Assembly (NCBI GenBank): GCA_964586925.1 | Contig: CAZPJI010000004.1 | Location: forward strand, 1,052 to 65,051 | From: an uncultured Gammaproteobacteria bacterium | GTDB taxonomy: Bacteria; Pseudomonadota; Gammaproteobacteria; JAKDMP01 | DNA: 64,000 bases | Direction: 5' to 3' | Part shown: positions 18,636 through 29,175 of the stretch, in pieces | Layout: each line of letters starts with the position of its first letter | Numbering within the stretch: position 1 is the first letter of the stretch | Notes under the pieces: model-generated | The model's input: only the letters and a program-made list of their open reading frames with translations | The model's database searches: none | What the model was told of the DNA's origin: nothing | Position numbers and translations under genes: made by a program

Positions 18636-19439
18636 TTACGAGCGGCCCGCGTTTCTCAACGCGGCTCCGCGCGGCCCGGCGAGCAACCGGCGTATGGTCT
18701 CATGCATCTCCGCCTGATGCGGATCGGCTAATTCCTCGAGCGAACCCTCAAGCAGGATGCGTCCCTCCGCCAACACGACAGCCCTGTTGGCCAGGGCCGC
18801 CACGGAATCCAGATCATGGCTGACCATAACGATGGTCAGCCCCAGCTCACGATGCAGATCGGCCAACAAAGCATCGAGCTCGTGAGCGGTCACGGGATCC
18901 AGTCCCGATCCCGGCTCGTCGAGGAACAGCAGCTCGGCTTCCACGGCCAGAGCTCGCGCCAGGGCCACACGCTTGACCATGCCCCCCGAAAGTTCGGCAG
19001 GACGTTTATTGGCATCCTTCGGCTCAAGTCCGGTGAGCTCCAGCTTGTACATGACAACGTCGTGAATCAATTCCTCGTCGATGTGCTCCCCCATGGTGCG
19101 CAATTCACGCAACGGAAAGGCCACATTGTCGAAAACATTCAGTGCGCTGAACAACGCGCCTTGCTGAAACAGCATGCCCCAACGCTTGCGCAGCAGATGT
19201 TGCTCGTGCCAGTTCAGACGCTGCACGTCATAGCCGAAGACTTCCACCGTACCGGCATCCGGCTTGCGCAGACCGATCATTTCGTGCAACAGCGTCGTCT
19301 TACCGCCGCCACTCGTGCCGATGATCGCCAGCACGTCACCCCGGCATGCTGTCAAATTGATGCCTTTGTGCACCCAGCTTCCACCCAGGCGCGTGCGTAG
19401 ATCGCGAACGCGCACGATGACCTCTTTCTCTGCGTTCAT
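18636..19439 (-). CDS. MlaF-like ABC ATP-binding protein
   Basis: GTSGGGKT, LFQQGALFS, LSGGMVKRVALARAL, LFLDEP, SHD. Confidence 0.93.
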   Translation of the reverse strand: MNAEKEVIVRVRDLRTRLGGSWVHKGINLTACRGDVLAIIGTSGGGKTTLLHEMIGLRKPDAGTVEVFGYDVQRLNWHEQHLLRKRWGMLFQQGALFSALNVFDNVAFPLRELRTMGEHIDEELIHDVVMYKLELTGLEPKDANKRPAELSGGMVKRVALARALAVEAELLFLDEPGSGLDPVTAHELDALLADLHRELGLTIVMVSHDLDSVAALANRAVVLAEGRILLEGSLEELADPHQAEMHETIRRLLAGPRGAALRNAGRS

Positions 19440-20557
19440 AAGCCGACCCCGCTGAACAGGAAGCCGAACGCGACTTCGATGATGAGCACCAGGGCGAAGC
19501 CGACCACCACGGCGCGAGTGGTATGGGCGGAAATGCTCTGGGTGTCACGCGGCGCGGTAAGCCCGTAATAGGCGCTGGTGATGCCAATGATGAATCCGAA
19601 CAACGCGCCCTTGCCGACGCCGATGAAATAGTTTTCTATAGGCACGGAATCGGGGAACCACGCCAACCACATTTGCCATGTCACACCCAGCTGGGTGTTG
19701 GACAGGTACACTCCCCCGAGCACACCCCAGAAATCGATCCAGACCACCAGCAGGGGCATCACAATCGTCATGGCGAGCACACGCGGCATTACGATGCGCA
19801 ACGTGGGCGAAACACCCAGGGCGCGCAACGCGTCGAGTTCTTCGGTCAGACGCATTCCGCCTATGCTCGCCGTCGTCGCGCTGCCCATGCGGCCGACCAA
19901 TACGAGACCGGCGATGAAGGGCCCCAGTTCACGGGTGAATGCAAGCCCCACGGCTCCGATGATTTGTTCATTGAGCCCGAACTGGACCAGCTGAGCGGAG
20001 ATTTCGTACGTGAGCATCATCCCGACCAGGAGGCCGAGGAAAGCCAGCAGGATCAGCGACTGCGCACCTGCGCGATAAATCGTCGCAGACAATTCCCGTA
20101 GCGGGAAGAGCCGTGGATTTTCCACGCAGTGCCAAAGGTCGACGAAGAACTGGCCACCCAGCAAGCTGCTGCCTCCGGCCTGCTGCATGAAACCGTGTAT
20201 CGCACGGCCCATCGCGGGCAGGAAACGACGCAGGCGCGCGAAACGGCCGGGCACCGGCGGGCGGACCAGGGGATGTTTGCCCAGTCGCTCGAACACGGGG
20301 GCGTGCGCATCGCCCCCTGCAAGATTCTGTGGCAAACGCTCACCCCAGCAGTGCCAGAGTGCCAGAGCGCCGAGACTGTCGAGGTGGGACATGTCGGTCA
20401 GGTCCCAGTGGTCTGACGACCGACCCGTGACCGAGCGGAGTGTATGGAGAACGTCGTTTTCTTTTTCCAGCAGCGCCTGCAGCCGCCAATCGCCGCTCAC
20501 ACGAATATGCCGCGTTGATCCTGACTCCTCGATGTCTACTTGCGGAGCATCGTCCAT
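19436..20557 (-). CDS. MlaE-family permease with N-terminal STAS-like domain
   Basis: GDWRL...LDSLGAL; RELGP, GRMGSATTASIGGM..TEELDALRALG, PRVLA, TTRAVV. Confidence 0.9.
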   Translation of the reverse strand: MDDAPQVDIEESGSTRHIRVSGDWRLQALLEKENDVLHTLRSVTGRSSDHWDLTDMSHLDSLGALALWHCWGERLPQNLAGGDAHAPVFERLGKHPLVRPPVPGRFARLRRFLPAMGRAIHGFMQQAGGSSLLGGQFFVDLWHCVENPRLFPLRELSATIYRAGAQSLILLAFLGLLVGMMLTYEISAQLVQFGLNEQIIGAVGLAFTRELGPFIAGLVLVGRMGSATTASIGGMRLTEELDALRALGVSPTLRIVMPRVLAMTIVMPLLVVWIDFWGVLGGVYLSNTQLGVTWQMWLAWFPDSVPIENYFIGVGKGALFGFIIGITSAYYGLTAPRDTQSISAHTTRAVVVGFALVLIIEVAFGFLFSGVGL

Positions 20558-20683
20558 CCGGTCCCCGTTTTTGTGCCGGCCTTCGCTGGCAGTATAGAGC
20601 CTAAGCTGGAAGTTGCCCGGCGGATCGCATAACCTTGGCCGCTAACCAGAGGCCTCATCATCCCCGCAGTTACACTAGCAACC

Positions 20684-22234
20684 ATGCGCATCGATCCCGC
20701 CCGTGCCCCGACGAACTACCTGCTCGCGATAGCGACGGCATTGGTAACGGTCGCGTTCGCCCTCGGAGCCTGGAATCACGGCCCCATTCCCTCGATGGAA
20801 ACGCGATTTGCCGTAGCGGTGCAACAGATGCTTGCGCATCATCAATGGCTGATCCCGCAAAAAAACGGCCTGCCTTATATCGAATACCCACCGTTTTACT
20901 ACTGGATGGCCCTGGTGCTCGCGAAAGCGGGCCTGCCGGTGTTGCCCGCCATTCGTTTGCCCAACCTGCTCGCCCTGTGGATTTGGCTGGGGGCGCTGTT
21001 TGCGCTGTCGCGCCACCTGCTGCCGCAGTTGCCGCGCTGGTTGCTGCCGGTCCTGGCATTGGCGGCACCGGCCGCGCTATACAATTTCTTCGTCGCCCAG
21101 ACCGATGGCTGGCTGTGCGTCGGAGTGGCTTTGGGGCTGCTCGGCTATCTGCGCCACGAGGACGATAAATTCCCCTGGCTGCTATGGGGCGGCGCGGCAT
21201 TGGCGGTCTTCGCCAAAGGCCCCGTGGGCTTGGTTCTGATCGGGCTGGCGATCGCGGGAGATCTTTTGCTCGCCGTAGCAAGCGGCGCTTCCCGCTGGCA
21301 GGAGCTGCCGCGGCGTGTCTGGCGGCTGGCGCCGTTGCGCGGACTGGTGCTGTCCCTGGCCCCGCTGGCGGCCTGGTATGTGGCCTGCGGCTTCGTGGCC
21401 GGTTGGGATTTCGTACGCGCAGCGCTCGTCTACGATAATTTCACCCGCTTCGTGGCGGGCGCCGGTGGCCACGCCAATCCCTGGTGGATGTATGCCCAAA
21501 GCTTCTGGACGGATTATCTGCCCTGGTCGCTGGCCGCACCCTTCGGATTGGTGCTCGCAGCACGCCGCTTGCGGGAACCGGGCTTGCGCCTGGCCTTGGC
21601 CTGGACAGCGACGACAATCATCTTCTTTTCCATCTCCGCTTCCAAACAAAGCAAATACATTCTTCCCGCTGCCCCGGCGTTTGCCGCCCTGGCGCTCTAT
21701 GCGCTGGCGGCGTTAACGAGCCGCCGTCCGGCGTGGCTGTCGCGCGGCGTGGCCGCATGGAGCGGTTTTATCCTGTTGCTCTTTACGGTATTGGTCGGGG
21801 CCTGGCTGCCGCAGCTCGGTCCGCGCATCGATGACGATGCCGCCTGGGCCCGCCTGCGCGGCGTGGTTCAAACCACGCCCGACAGCAAAATATACATGTA
21901 CCGCTGGCCCCGTTCGCTCATTCTCTGGCAACTGCAACTGGGTGCGCCCATGCCCTGGTTCCGCGATGCCCGGGATTTGTATACGGCCGTTCATGACGGC
22001 CATCTGAAAGCCGGAGACTATCTCCTCGTATACCGCGATTCGCTGCGCAAGCATGCCGGGCCCTTTGCACTGGAGCCCGCACCCAGGCCGCCGTATTTCC
22101 GTCATGTGATGACAGTGAAATCCAAGGGCGGAATCGAGGTGTTCCGGGTCATGGCGGATGCGGCTTCGGCCCCTGTGCCACAAACCCCGGTAGCCCCGCC
22201 GCCACCCTGGTGGGCTCAATTCGACACGGACTGA
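20684..22234 (+). CDS. ArnT/GT39-like lipid-carrier glycosyltransferase
   Basis: ETRFA.AVQQM, W.IP.KNG.PY.EYPPFYYW, KGPVG, H..PWWMY, SKQSKYILP; multi-TM. Confidence 0.85.
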   Translation: MRIDPARAPTNYLLAIATALVTVAFALGAWNHGPIPSMETRFAVAVQQMLAHHQWLIPQKNGLPYIEYPPFYYWMALVLAKAGLPVLPAIRLPNLLALWIWLGALFALSRHLLPQLPRWLLPVLALAAPAALYNFFVAQTDGWLCVGVALGLLGYLRHEDDKFPWLLWGGAALAVFAKGPVGLVLIGLAIAGDLLLAVASGASRWQELPRRVWRLAPLRGLVLSLAPLAAWYVACGFVAGWDFVRAALVYDNFTRFVAGAGGHANPWWMYAQSFWTDYLPWSLAAPFGLVLAARRLREPGLRLALAWTATTIIFFSISASKQSKYILPAAPAFAALALYALAALTSRRPAWLSRGVAAWSGFILLLFTVLVGAWLPQLGPRIDDDAAWARLRGVVQTTPDSKIYMYRWPRSLILWQLQLGAPMPWFRDARDLYTAVHDGHLKAGDYLLVYRDSLRKHAGPFALEPAPRPPYFRHVMTVKSKGGIEVFRVMADAASAPVPQTPVAPPPPWWAQFDTD

Positions 22235-22240
22235 TCGACA

Positions 22241-23299
22241 GTGTCATCCGCGGCCAACGAACTCGATACCTGGCTCAATGGACTAGTCCATGACCGTGAA
22301 GTCTTTCCTCACCAACTGGACACCATTAATCGGCAACTATTACTCGTTCGCCTTACCGGGGAACAGGTCAGGGAAGCTGCCTTCCTCGACCAGCGTATTC
22401 TCGGCGGCCGGGAATCAGGGGCCTGGGTACCCCTGGATCGGGTTCTCGGTCTCACCGGTCCGGAGAACCATCCACGCGGTCTGATCCTGCATTGCGGGCA
22501 TGTCGGCTCTACCTTGATTTCACGCCTGTTGGGCGAATTGCCCCGGGTTTGGTCGCTGCGTGAGCCGCTCCTGCTGCAGGCACTTGCGGCGGAAGCGCGG
22601 GTATCGGGCACCCCATTGGCACGCTTGCGCACCAGCGAATTTCATGCCTTGCTGGCCCTGTCCCAGAGGCTGTTGGCCAAGGCACCGCCGGATCACCCGG
22701 ATGTCGTCATCAAACACACCAGCCTGACCGCCAACCTGGCGCCCTGGCTGCTCGGCCTGCCCCAGCCTCCGGCCATCGTTTGCCTGTGGATCCCGTTGGC
22801 AGATTATCTCGCCACCATGCTGCGTGAACCCTCACTGCGCGCCAGCGTGCGCGTTGCCGCCGGTGAATGGATCAAAGACCTTGTTCCGACCCTGGGTGGT
22901 TCCGCCCCGGTGCTGGGTGAATGCAACGATGCGGAATTGACTGCATTGAATTGGTGCGCCGCCCAGTTTGCCTTCGCGCAAGCCCGTGCGCTTGCGCCTG
23001 ATCGGTCGATCAGCCTGGATTTTTCTGATTTCCTCCGGGAGCCCGAACGGCGCCTCGGGTCATTGGCGCATCATTTCGGCATCGAACACACCGAACGCGA
23101 TCTCGGGCATGCGCTTTGCAGCCCCTGGATGCGCCGTTATGCCAAAGATCCTCGTTACCCGTTCGATTCCGCCGAGCGTGCCCGTGAACTCGCGGCGGCC
23201 AAGTCCAGGCTGGCCGATGAAATTGATACAGGCAGGCAATTCGCGCGGAGGCTGTGGCAACGCCTGCCCATGGCCAATGCTTTTACTGAGCCCGGCTAA
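22241..23299 (+). CDS. Hypothetical protein with sulfotransferase-like P-loop
   Basis: FLDQR, ILHCGHVGSTLISRLL, SLREP, VVIK, DFSDFL..PE, YAKDP; 6-bp gap after the GT gene. Confidence 0.6.
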   Translation: MSSAANELDTWLNGLVHDREVFPHQLDTINRQLLLVRLTGEQVREAAFLDQRILGGRESGAWVPLDRVLGLTGPENHPRGLILHCGHVGSTLISRLLGELPRVWSLREPLLLQALAAEARVSGTPLARLRTSEFHALLALSQRLLAKAPPDHPDVVIKHTSLTANLAPWLLGLPQPPAIVCLWIPLADYLATMLREPSLRASVRVAAGEWIKDLVPTLGGSAPVLGECNDAELTALNWCAAQFAFAQARALAPDRSISLDFSDFLREPERRLGSLAHHFGIEHTERDLGHALCSPWMRRYAKDPRYPFDSAERARELAAAKSRLADEIDTGRQFARRLWQRLPMANAFTEPG

Positions 23300-23312
23300 C
23301 GGGTAGACAGGA

Positions 23313-24383
23313 TCAGTCGCGCGCACCCAAGCGGCGGGCACGCTCGGATCTCTCCGCCGCGTCACGGCGCTGTAGATGCAGATTGTAGCTGGCCAAGGCT
23401 TCCGGCCATCCGGCCATTTCGCGGGCTACCAGTTCGGTGAGCATCTGAATATGCCCCGTATTGGCATTGAGAGCCGGTACGTAGACGAAACGCTTGCCAC
23501 CAGCCTCCAAAAAAACATCCCGGTAGCGCTGGGCAATTTCCTCCAGCGTCTCCAGGCAATCCGCGGCAAACCCGGGACAAACGACGGTAACGCTTTCGAT
23601 CCCCGCCTCGGCCCAACCCCGAAGCATAGCCTCGGTATCGGGCTGCAACCAGGTCGCGCGCCCGAAGCGGGACTGGAACGCCAAAGCCCACTCGCTGCGC
23701 GCAATACCCAGCCGCGTGGCAATCAGGCGTGCCGTACCCTGGCATTGGCAGTAATAGGGATCTCCCGCCTCCAATGTTGCGCGTGGCATGCCATGGAAAG
23801 ACAGGAGTAACCGTTCGTTGCGGCCTTCCGTCTCCCAGCTGCGCTCGATGCTGGCTGCTATGGCATCGGTGTAGCGGGGATAATCGTGGTAGTGGTTGAG
23901 AAAACGCACGGATGGCACCCAGCGCAGGCGGGCCAGTGCGGCGCCCACGGCATCGCTTGCGGCACCGGTGGTGGCACCGGAGTACTGCGGGTAGAGCGGG
24001 AGCACCAGTAATCTTTCCACGCCGGCCTGCATGAGGACACCCAAGGACCGTTCCACGCTGGGCTCGCCATAGCGCATGGCCAGGGCGACCGACACGGGGC
24101 CGTCCAGCCGCGTTGCCAGCGCGTCACGCAAGCCCTGCTCCAGCATCCGCGAATGCACCATCAGGGGCGACCCTTCCTCGGTCCATACCGAGCGATAGGC
24201 CTGCAGCGTCTTGCGCGGGCGCACACGGAGAATGACACCATGGAGCAACAGCCGCCGTAGTACTGTTGGTAATTCGATGACGCGCGGGTCCGCGAGAAAC
24301 TCGGCCAGGTACCGCCGCACGGCCCCGACTGTCAGGGCTTGCGGCGTGCCCAGGTTTACCAGCAGGACGCCGGCACGGCCCAT
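23313..24383 (-). CDS. hemH: Ferrochelatase
   Basis: GVLLVNLGTP, AMRYGEPS, LPLYPQYS, LLSFHG, FQSRFG..WLQP, PGF.ADCLETLEEI; ATG at 24383. Confidence 0.95.
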   Translation of the reverse strand: MGRAGVLLVNLGTPQALTVGAVRRYLAEFLADPRVIELPTVLRRLLLHGVILRVRPRKTLQAYRSVWTEEGSPLMVHSRMLEQGLRDALATRLDGPVSVALAMRYGEPSVERSLGVLMQAGVERLLVLPLYPQYSGATTGAASDAVGAALARLRWVPSVRFLNHYHDYPRYTDAIAASIERSWETEGRNERLLLSFHGMPRATLEAGDPYYCQCQGTARLIATRLGIARSEWALAFQSRFGRATWLQPDTEAMLRGWAEAGIESVTVVCPGFAADCLETLEEIAQRYRDVFLEAGGKRFVYVPALNANTGHIQMLTELVAREMAGWPEALASYNLHLQRRDAAERSERARRLGARD

Positions 24384-24447
24384 TTCTTCATGGCGATAGT
24401 CACTACGTCCCCAATAGCGACTCTTCATCGCGCGTCCTGAATCCCTC

Positions 24448-25857
24448 TTACAGGCTGTAGTAGAGATCGAACTCGACCGGGTGCGTGGTCATGCGCACGC
24501 GTTGCACGTCCTGGCGCTTGAGTCCGATGTAGGCCTTGAGCGCATCTTCGCTGAAAACGCCTCCAGCGGTAAGGAAAGCGTGGTCGTTCTCGAGCGCATC
24601 GAGCGCGCCTTCCAGCGAATAGGCCACTTCGGGGATGTCGGCCGACACCTCCGGCGGCAGGTCGTAGAGATCCTTGTCCATGGCCTCGCCGGGATGCAGG
24701 CGGTTGAGGATGCCATCCAGGCCGGCCATCAACAATCCGCTGAAAGCGAAATAGGGGTTGGCCATGCTGTCGGGGAAACGCACCTCGATGCGGCGACCCT
24801 TCGCACTGGGTGCGAACGGAACACGGATCGAGGCGGAACGGTTGCGTGCCGAATAAGCGAGTTTGACCGGAGCCTCGAAACCGGGCACGAGACGTTTGTA
24901 GCTATTGGTGGCGGGATTGGTGAGCGCATTCAGGGCAGGGGCATGCTTGATGATGCCGCCGATGAAAAACAGCGCCGTTTCCGAAAGCCCGCCATAGCCA
25001 TCGCCGGCGAACAGGTTTTGCCCACCCTTGGCCAGCGACATGTGCACATGCATGCCGTTGCCGTTGTCGCCGGTGAGCGGCTTGGGCATGAACGTGGCCG
25101 TCTTGCCGTAACGCTGGGCGACGTTCATCACCACGTACTTGAGGATCTGCACTTCGTCGGCCTTGCGCACCAAGGTATTGAGCCGCACACCGATCTCGCA
25201 CTGGCCTGCCGTGGCGACTTCATGGTGGTGGACTTCGCTTTCCAGTCCCATTTCTCCGAGAACCCGGCACATTTCGGAGCGGATGTCCTGCAACGAATCG
25301 ACCGGGGGCACCGGGAAGTAACCACCCTTCAGGCCCGGGCGGTGACCGAAGTTACCGTCCGGGTAGACGCGTCCGGAATTCCAGTTGGCCTCCATGGAAT
25401 CGACTTCGTAGAAGGCGCTGCCGACCGCGCTGCCCCAGCGCACATTGTCGAAGATGAAAAACTCGTTTTCGGGTCCGAAAAAGGCGATATCGGCGATGCC
25501 CGTCTGCTGCAGGTAGGTCTCGGCGCGGCGCGCGATCGAGCGCGGGTCGCGCTCATAGCCGGACAGGGTAGTGGGCTCGACCACATCACAGCGCAAGACC
25601 AGCGTCGGATGGTCCATGAAGGGATCCATTACGGCGCTGGCGACGTCCGGCATCAACACCATGTCGGATTCGTTGATCTGCTTCCAGCCGGCGATCGAAG
25701 ACCCGTCGAAAGCCTTGCCTTCCTCGAAGAAATCCGCATCCACACTGGTCGGTGTTACCGTCACGTGCTGCTCTTTGCCCCGTGTGTCGGTAAAACGCAG
25801 ATCCACAAAATGTATCTCGCCCGCGGCGATCCGCTTGAGAATGTCATCGGCACTCAT
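24448..25857 (-). CDS. glnA: Type I glutamine synthetase
   Basis: [61 protein letters not shown] adenylylation site; 469 aa. Confidence 0.98.
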   Translation of the reverse strand: MSADDILKRIAAGEIHFVDLRFTDTRGKEQHVTVTPTSVDADFFEEGKAFDGSSIAGWKQINESDMVLMPDVASAVMDPFMDHPTLVLRCDVVEPTTLSGYERDPRSIARRAETYLQQTGIADIAFFGPENEFFIFDNVRWGSAVGSAFYEVDSMEANWNSGRVYPDGNFGHRPGLKGGYFPVPPVDSLQDIRSEMCRVLGEMGLESEVHHHEVATAGQCEIGVRLNTLVRKADEVQILKYVVMNVAQRYGKTATFMPKPLTGDNGNGMHVHMSLAKGGQNLFAGDGYGGLSETALFFIGGIIKHAPALNALTNPATNSYKRLVPGFEAPVKLAYSARNRSASIRVPFAPSAKGRRIEVRFPDSMANPYFAFSGLLMAGLDGILNRLHPGEAMDKDLYDLPPEVSADIPEVAYSLEGALDALENDHAFLTAGGVFSEDALKAYIGLKRQDVQRVRMTTHPVEFDLYYSL

Positions 25858-25897
25858 GAAAACGGCTCCAGAAATAATCAAGAATGAGGCAACCCCC

Positions 25898-26076
25898 AGT
25901 GTAGTGTTTCGCGATTCCTGGTGCTTTCAGAGCCCTCCACAAGCGCCAGATCAAGGCGCAGCGCGCAGGGAATGGCTGTCGCCCTTGCCAAGCGCTGCAA
26001 CGCAAAGCTGGCGCTTGTTAGGGGGCTCCCTTCGGGCGAGTCGCTGAAAGCACCAGGAATCGCGAAACACTACACT
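25898..26076. repeat. Palindromic MITE/REP-like element, copy 2 (179 bp)
   Basis: Perfect 33-bp inverted arms 25898-25930 (agtgtagtgtttcgcgattcctggtgctttcag) and 26044-26076; inner 113 bp closely similar to 18391-18502. Confidence 0.9.
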
Positions 26077-26173
26077 AACCCTGCCGCGAACGATAACACG
26101 CTTGCGGCGGCCACCCCTTTATACTAATCGCCTTTGACCGCCGGCGACCTTGTTTCAAGGATTTTTACGCCCC

Positions 26174-27067
26174 ATGACTAACCATCCGCCAAAAACTTTC
26201 CAGGAGTTGGTCCTGCGATTGCGCCAATACTGGGCCGAACAGGGTGCCGCGTTGCTGGAACCCTACGATATGCCGATGGGTGCCGCGACCTTCCACCCCG
26301 CGACCTTTCTGCGCGCGCTCGGGCCACGTCCCTGGCACGCCGCTTTCGTCCAGCCCTGCCGCCGGCCGACAGACGGACGCTACGGGGAAAATCCCAACCG
26401 CGGGCAACAATATTTCCAGTTCCAGGTGCTGTTGAAGCCGGTGCCCGACGATTTCCAACAGCTTTACCTGGGCTCCCTGGTGGCGCTGGGCTTGGACCTC
26501 GGAGTCCAGGACGTGCGTTTCGTCGAGGACGATTGGGCCTCTCCCACGCTGGGCGCCTGGGGGCTGGGCTGGGAAGTCTGGCTGAACGGCATGGAAATCA
26601 GCCAGTTCACTTATTTTCAGCAGGTCGGCGGCATCGAATGCCGGCCGGTCACCGGCGAAATCACTTACGGCCTCGAGCGCATCGCGATGTACTTGCAGAA
26701 CGTAGACAGTATGTACGACCTTATATGGCAGGAAACCCCCGCCGGCACCTTACGCTATGGCGATCTGTACCTCGACAACGAACGGGAGCAATCGCACTAC
26801 AACTTCGAACTGGCCGACACTACCCAGCTCAACGCGCAATTCGCTGCTGCTGAGCGCGAGCACACAAGGCTCCTCGAAGCCAGCCAAATACTTCCTGCCT
26901 ATGAAAGGACCCTGGAGGCCTCGCATGCCTTCAACCTGCTCGATGCACGCCGCGCCCTATCCGTGACCGAACGGCAAAACCACATCCTGAGGGTCAGGCG
27001 CATGGCCACCGCCGTAGCCAAAGCGTGGCACGCCGCTGAAGCCGGGAAGGAGTCGCCGGTCTCATGA
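26174..27067 (+). CDS. glyQ: Glycyl-tRNA synthetase alpha subunit
   Basis: [59 protein letters not shown]. Confidence 0.97.
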   Translation: MTNHPPKTFQELVLRLRQYWAEQGAALLEPYDMPMGAATFHPATFLRALGPRPWHAAFVQPCRRPTDGRYGENPNRGQQYFQFQVLLKPVPDDFQQLYLGSLVALGLDLGVQDVRFVEDDWASPTLGAWGLGWEVWLNGMEISQFTYFQQVGGIECRPVTGEITYGLERIAMYLQNVDSMYDLIWQETPAGTLRYGDLYLDNEREQSHYNFELADTTQLNAQFAAAEREHTRLLEASQILPAYERTLEASHAFNLLDARRALSVTERQNHILRVRRMATAVAKAWHAAEAGKESPVS

Positions 27068-29175
27068 GCCGTTCCCAATCCACTGACCTGTTGTTGGAAA
27101 TCGGCACCGAAGAATTGCCTGCCGCCGCCCAGGAGCCGATGGCGCGCGCCCTTGCCGAAGGGCTGGACAGGCTGCTCAAGGGGCATGCTTTGGCTGCGGA
27201 ATCGATACGTCCCCTGTGGGGCCCGCGGCGCCTGGCGATTATAGCCACCGGCGTGCCCGGCATCGAGCCAGACCGGCAGGAAGAGCGCCGCGGACCCAGC
27301 CTCAAAGTCGCGTTTGATCCGGCGGGTAATCCGACAAAGGCGGCCGAGGGTTTTGCACGCTCCATCGGGGTGGCCGTTGCGGATCTGCAAAAGCTTGAGA
27401 ATGACAAGGGAGAGGCTTGGTTGGTGCACCGTGAAGTGCGCAAGGGCCTGCCGACCGCCGACATTCTGGCCGCGGAGTTGCCGGAACTCCTGCATACACT
27501 GCCCCAACCGCGGCGGATGCGCTGGAACGGATCCGATACGGGCTTTCTGCGTCCCGTGCGCTGGCTTTGCGTGCGCCTGGGTAAAACGGTCGTGCCGATC
27601 AAGGCTTTCGAGCTCACGGCCACCGGCGAGAGCGCGGGTCATCGCGTACATCATCCGAAGCCGGTGCCCATCGCAACACCCGGCAAGTACATCGATACGC
27701 TGGCTGCTGCGCATGTGCTCGCAGACCCGGCGGTACGCCGCGAGCACATCATGACCGAGGTCCGAAAGCTGGCGGAATCTCTCGATGCCGAGCCGTCACC
27801 ACCCAGTGACTCGCTTTACGAAGAACTCACCGGACTGGCCGAGTGGCCGGTCGCGCTCGCAGCACGCTTCGACCCGGGCTTCCTCGAGCTGCCCGAAGCG
27901 GTCGTGATCACCACATTGGCCCATCACCAACGATTCATCCCCTTGCGCGACCGTGAAGGCCGCCTGCTACCCGATTTCATCGCCATCGCCAATATTGAAA
28001 GCAAGGACCCCGAACAGGTCAGCAATGGCCTGGCACGCGTCGTACGTCCCCGCCTGGAGGACGCCCGTTTCTACTACCGCCGCGACCGCCTGCAGCCGAT
28101 TACAGCTTATGTCGGCGAACTGGAGGATTTGCAGTTCGGCCCCAAACTCGGCACGATGGCGGATAAGTCACTACGTTTAGCGACACTTTGCGAGCATATT
28201 TGCCAACTTCCACATTGGCCGGATGGCGACTCCGCTGCGGCGCGGCGCGCTGGCGAATTGGCCAAGTGCGACCTCGTCACCGGCATGGTCTTCGAGTTCC
28301 CCGAGCTCCAGGGCGTCATGGGTGGACTGTATGCGGCAGACAGCGAACCGGAGACTGTTGCCCAAGCGATTTCCGAGCAGTATCTCCCGGCCGGTGCGGA
28401 GGACCGGCTACCTGGTACGAACCTCGGTGCCGCCCTGGCACTCGCGGATCGGCTCGATACCTTGGTGGGCGGGTTCGCCGCGGGCCTTGCCCCGAGCGGG
28501 ACCAAGGATCCGTTCGGACTGCGCCGCGCGGCATTTGGCGCCCTGCGCATCCTCAGCGAGCGCGCACCGCAACTTGACCTCGAACCCGTATTGCAGTTTG
28601 CCGCCCGCTTGTACCCGCCTGTGCTCGAGGCCGAAAACGCGATTCCAGACACCACCGCTTTCCTGCGCGACCGTTTGCGCAGCCTCATCCTGGACCAGGG
28701 CGAGCGCCCGGATATAGCCCAAGCCGTGCTCGCCGTGGCACCGCTTGCCCCAGGCCTCATCCTCGCCCGCTCCCGCGCACTGCGCATCTTCGGTGAAGGT
28801 CCCCATGCTGCCTCACTGGCTGCGGCTAACAAACGCATCGCGAACCTGCTACGCCAGGCTTCTGACGAAGACCTGAACTCCGGGGCCAGCGCCGTCACCA
28901 ACACGGAAGACGCCGAGGGAGCACTGTCTCAGGCGCTGGGGCAACGCTTACCAATATTGGACGCCGCCCTCCAGGCGCAGGATTACGCCCGCGGATTGGA
29001 AGCTCTGGCTGAATTGCGCGAACCGGTCGACCGCTTCTTCGATGAGGTCCTTGTTATGGACCCCGATCCGCAGGTTCGGGCTCGGCGACTCAACCTTCTC
29101 GCACGCCTGCGTAATGCCTTTCTGCGCATTGCCGATATCGGCGAGCTTCAGGCCCCGGGAAACAGTTCGATATGA
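27064..29175 (+). CDS. glyS: Glycyl-tRNA synthetase beta subunit
   Basis: [68 protein letters not shown]. Confidence 0.97.
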   Translation: MSRSQSTDLLLEIGTEELPAAAQEPMARALAEGLDRLLKGHALAAESIRPLWGPRRLAIIATGVPGIEPDRQEERRGPSLKVAFDPAGNPTKAAEGFARSIGVAVADLQKLENDKGEAWLVHREVRKGLPTADILAAELPELLHTLPQPRRMRWNGSDTGFLRPVRWLCVRLGKTVVPIKAFELTATGESAGHRVHHPKPVPIATPGKYIDTLAAAHVLADPAVRREHIMTEVRKLAESLDAEPSPPSDSLYEELTGLAEWPVALAARFDPGFLELPEAVVITTLAHHQRFIPLRDREGRLLPDFIAIANIESKDPEQVSNGLARVVRPRLEDARFYYRRDRLQPITAYVGELEDLQFGPKLGTMADKSLRLATLCEHICQLPHWPDGDSAAARRAGELAKCDLVTGMVFEFPELQGVMGGLYAADSEPETVAQAISEQYLPAGAEDRLPGTNLGAALALADRLDTLVGGFAAGLAPSGTKDPFGLRRAAFGALRILSERAPQLDLEPVLQFAARLYPPVLEAENAIPDTTAFLRDRLRSLILDQGERPDIAQAVLAVAPLAPGLILARSRALRIFGEGPHAASLAAANKRIANLLRQASDEDLNSGASAVTNTEDAEGALSQALGQRLPILDAALQAQDYARGLEALAELREPVDRFFDEVLVMDPDPQVRARRLNLLARLRNAFLRIADIGELQAPGNSSI

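Noticed and set aside
24481-25887. 468-aa plus-strand ORF
   Set aside because: Antisense shadow of glnA.
18340-26090. Target-site duplications or CRISPR interpretation of the repeats
   Set aside because: Flanks (ccgtcct/ggcgctc; aaccccc/aaccctg) are not exact direct repeats, and there is no repeat-spacer periodicity or cas gene.
25858-26149. Sigma54 promoter for glnA
   Set aside because: The best GG/GC candidates have wrong spacing (tggccgccgcaagc) or poor consensus.
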